Shown here: in pieces, positions 33,002-33,606 of the stretch
Layout of the letters: each line of letters starts with the position of its first letter
How positions within the stretch are numbered: position 1 is the stretch's first letter
Source: Chiloscyllium plagiosum
Lineage: Eukaryota
Length of the DNA stretch: 33,606 nucleotides
Assembly (NCBI RefSeq): GCF_004010195.1
Contig: NC_057718.1
Coordinates: forward strand, 46,258,600 to 46,292,205
Reading direction: 5' to 3'
The notes under the pieces: model-generated
The model's database searches: none
Seen by the model: the letters and a program-made list of their open reading frames with translations, nothing else
What the model was told of the DNA's origin: nothing
Program-made: the position numbers and the translations under genes

Positions 33002-33147
33002 CTACACAAATAATAATAACACAAAAAACGTTTGCTGCAATAATTTAATTTGTATTTTTAGAGCAGCTCACTTGTTACATTAAGCTTGTGCAAACTCGCA
33101 GTGCCTGACTTCAGTGATTGTGACCATGAGTATCTTGTAAGCTGATT

Positions 33148-33606
33148 TAGAGTCATAGAGATGTACAGCATGGAAACAGACCCTTTGGTCCAACCCGTCC
33201 ATGCCGACCAGATGTCCCAACCCCAAACTAGTCCCACCTGCCAGCACCCGGCCCATATCCCTCCAAACCCTTCCTATTCATATACCCATCCAAATGCCTC
33301 TTAAATGTTGCAATTGTACCACCCTCCAACAAATCCTCTGGCTGCTCATTCCATACACATTCCACCCTCTGCATGAAAAAGTTGCCTCTTAGGTCTCTTT
33401 TATATCTTTCCCCTCTCACCCTAAACCTATGCACTATAGTTCTGGACTCCCCCACCCCAGGGAAAAGGCTTTGTCTATTTATCCTATCCATGCCCCTCAT
33501 AATTTTGTAAACCTCTATAAGGTCACCCTCAGCCTCTGATGCTCGAGGGAAAACCATTCCAGTCTATTCAGCCTCTCCCTATAGCTCAAATCCTCCAACC
33601 CTGGCA
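33148..33606 (-). mobile_element. CR1/HER1-type LINE 3' end (continues beyond the window)
   Basis: GDLIEVYKIMRGMDR...LRGNFFMQRVECVWN...FKRHLDGYMN; tail ttggaccaaagggtctgtttccatgctgtacatctctatgactct. Confidence 0.93.

Noticed and set aside
1..33606. CRISPR array, operon or prokaryotic defence system
   Set aside because: No regularly spaced direct repeats or long intact ORFs; the content is typical repeat-rich vertebrate intronic DNA.

Overview
This is AT-rich vertebrate DNA, not prokaryotic. The repeat content points to an elasmobranch (shark): HE1-type tRNA/V-SINEs, CR1/HER1-type LINEs, Penelope-like elements (PLEs) with hammerhead-ribozyme remnants, a Deu-domain SINE and Gypsy relics. Most ORFs in the supplied track are transposon fragments or noise. 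Between the repeats I find a chain of about 12-13 short minus-strand exons (33001 down to 3863) with canonical GT-AG sites and mostly matching phases; the ORF track does not assemble them. They spell an aromatic-rich protein I do not recognise (GIHFLLDGL...GGQTAAERIN...HCWRDPYHRFPATFYDL...FMIGRP...YLHDPRTRWSGWFDK...FPRIDVAPWIKQYYLP...). In my best reconstruction it carries three +1 frameshifts and a nonsense codon, so it is a recently dead pseudogene, an assembly-error-affected gene, or partly mis-modelled. Other notable structures are a ~2.8 kb nested insertion stack inside a Gypsy integrase relic, an inverted PLE terminal-repeat hairpin with a split hammerhead core, and three CR1 copies that lack the RT core and resume at almost the same point. 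All family calls come from motif recall; no database search was run.
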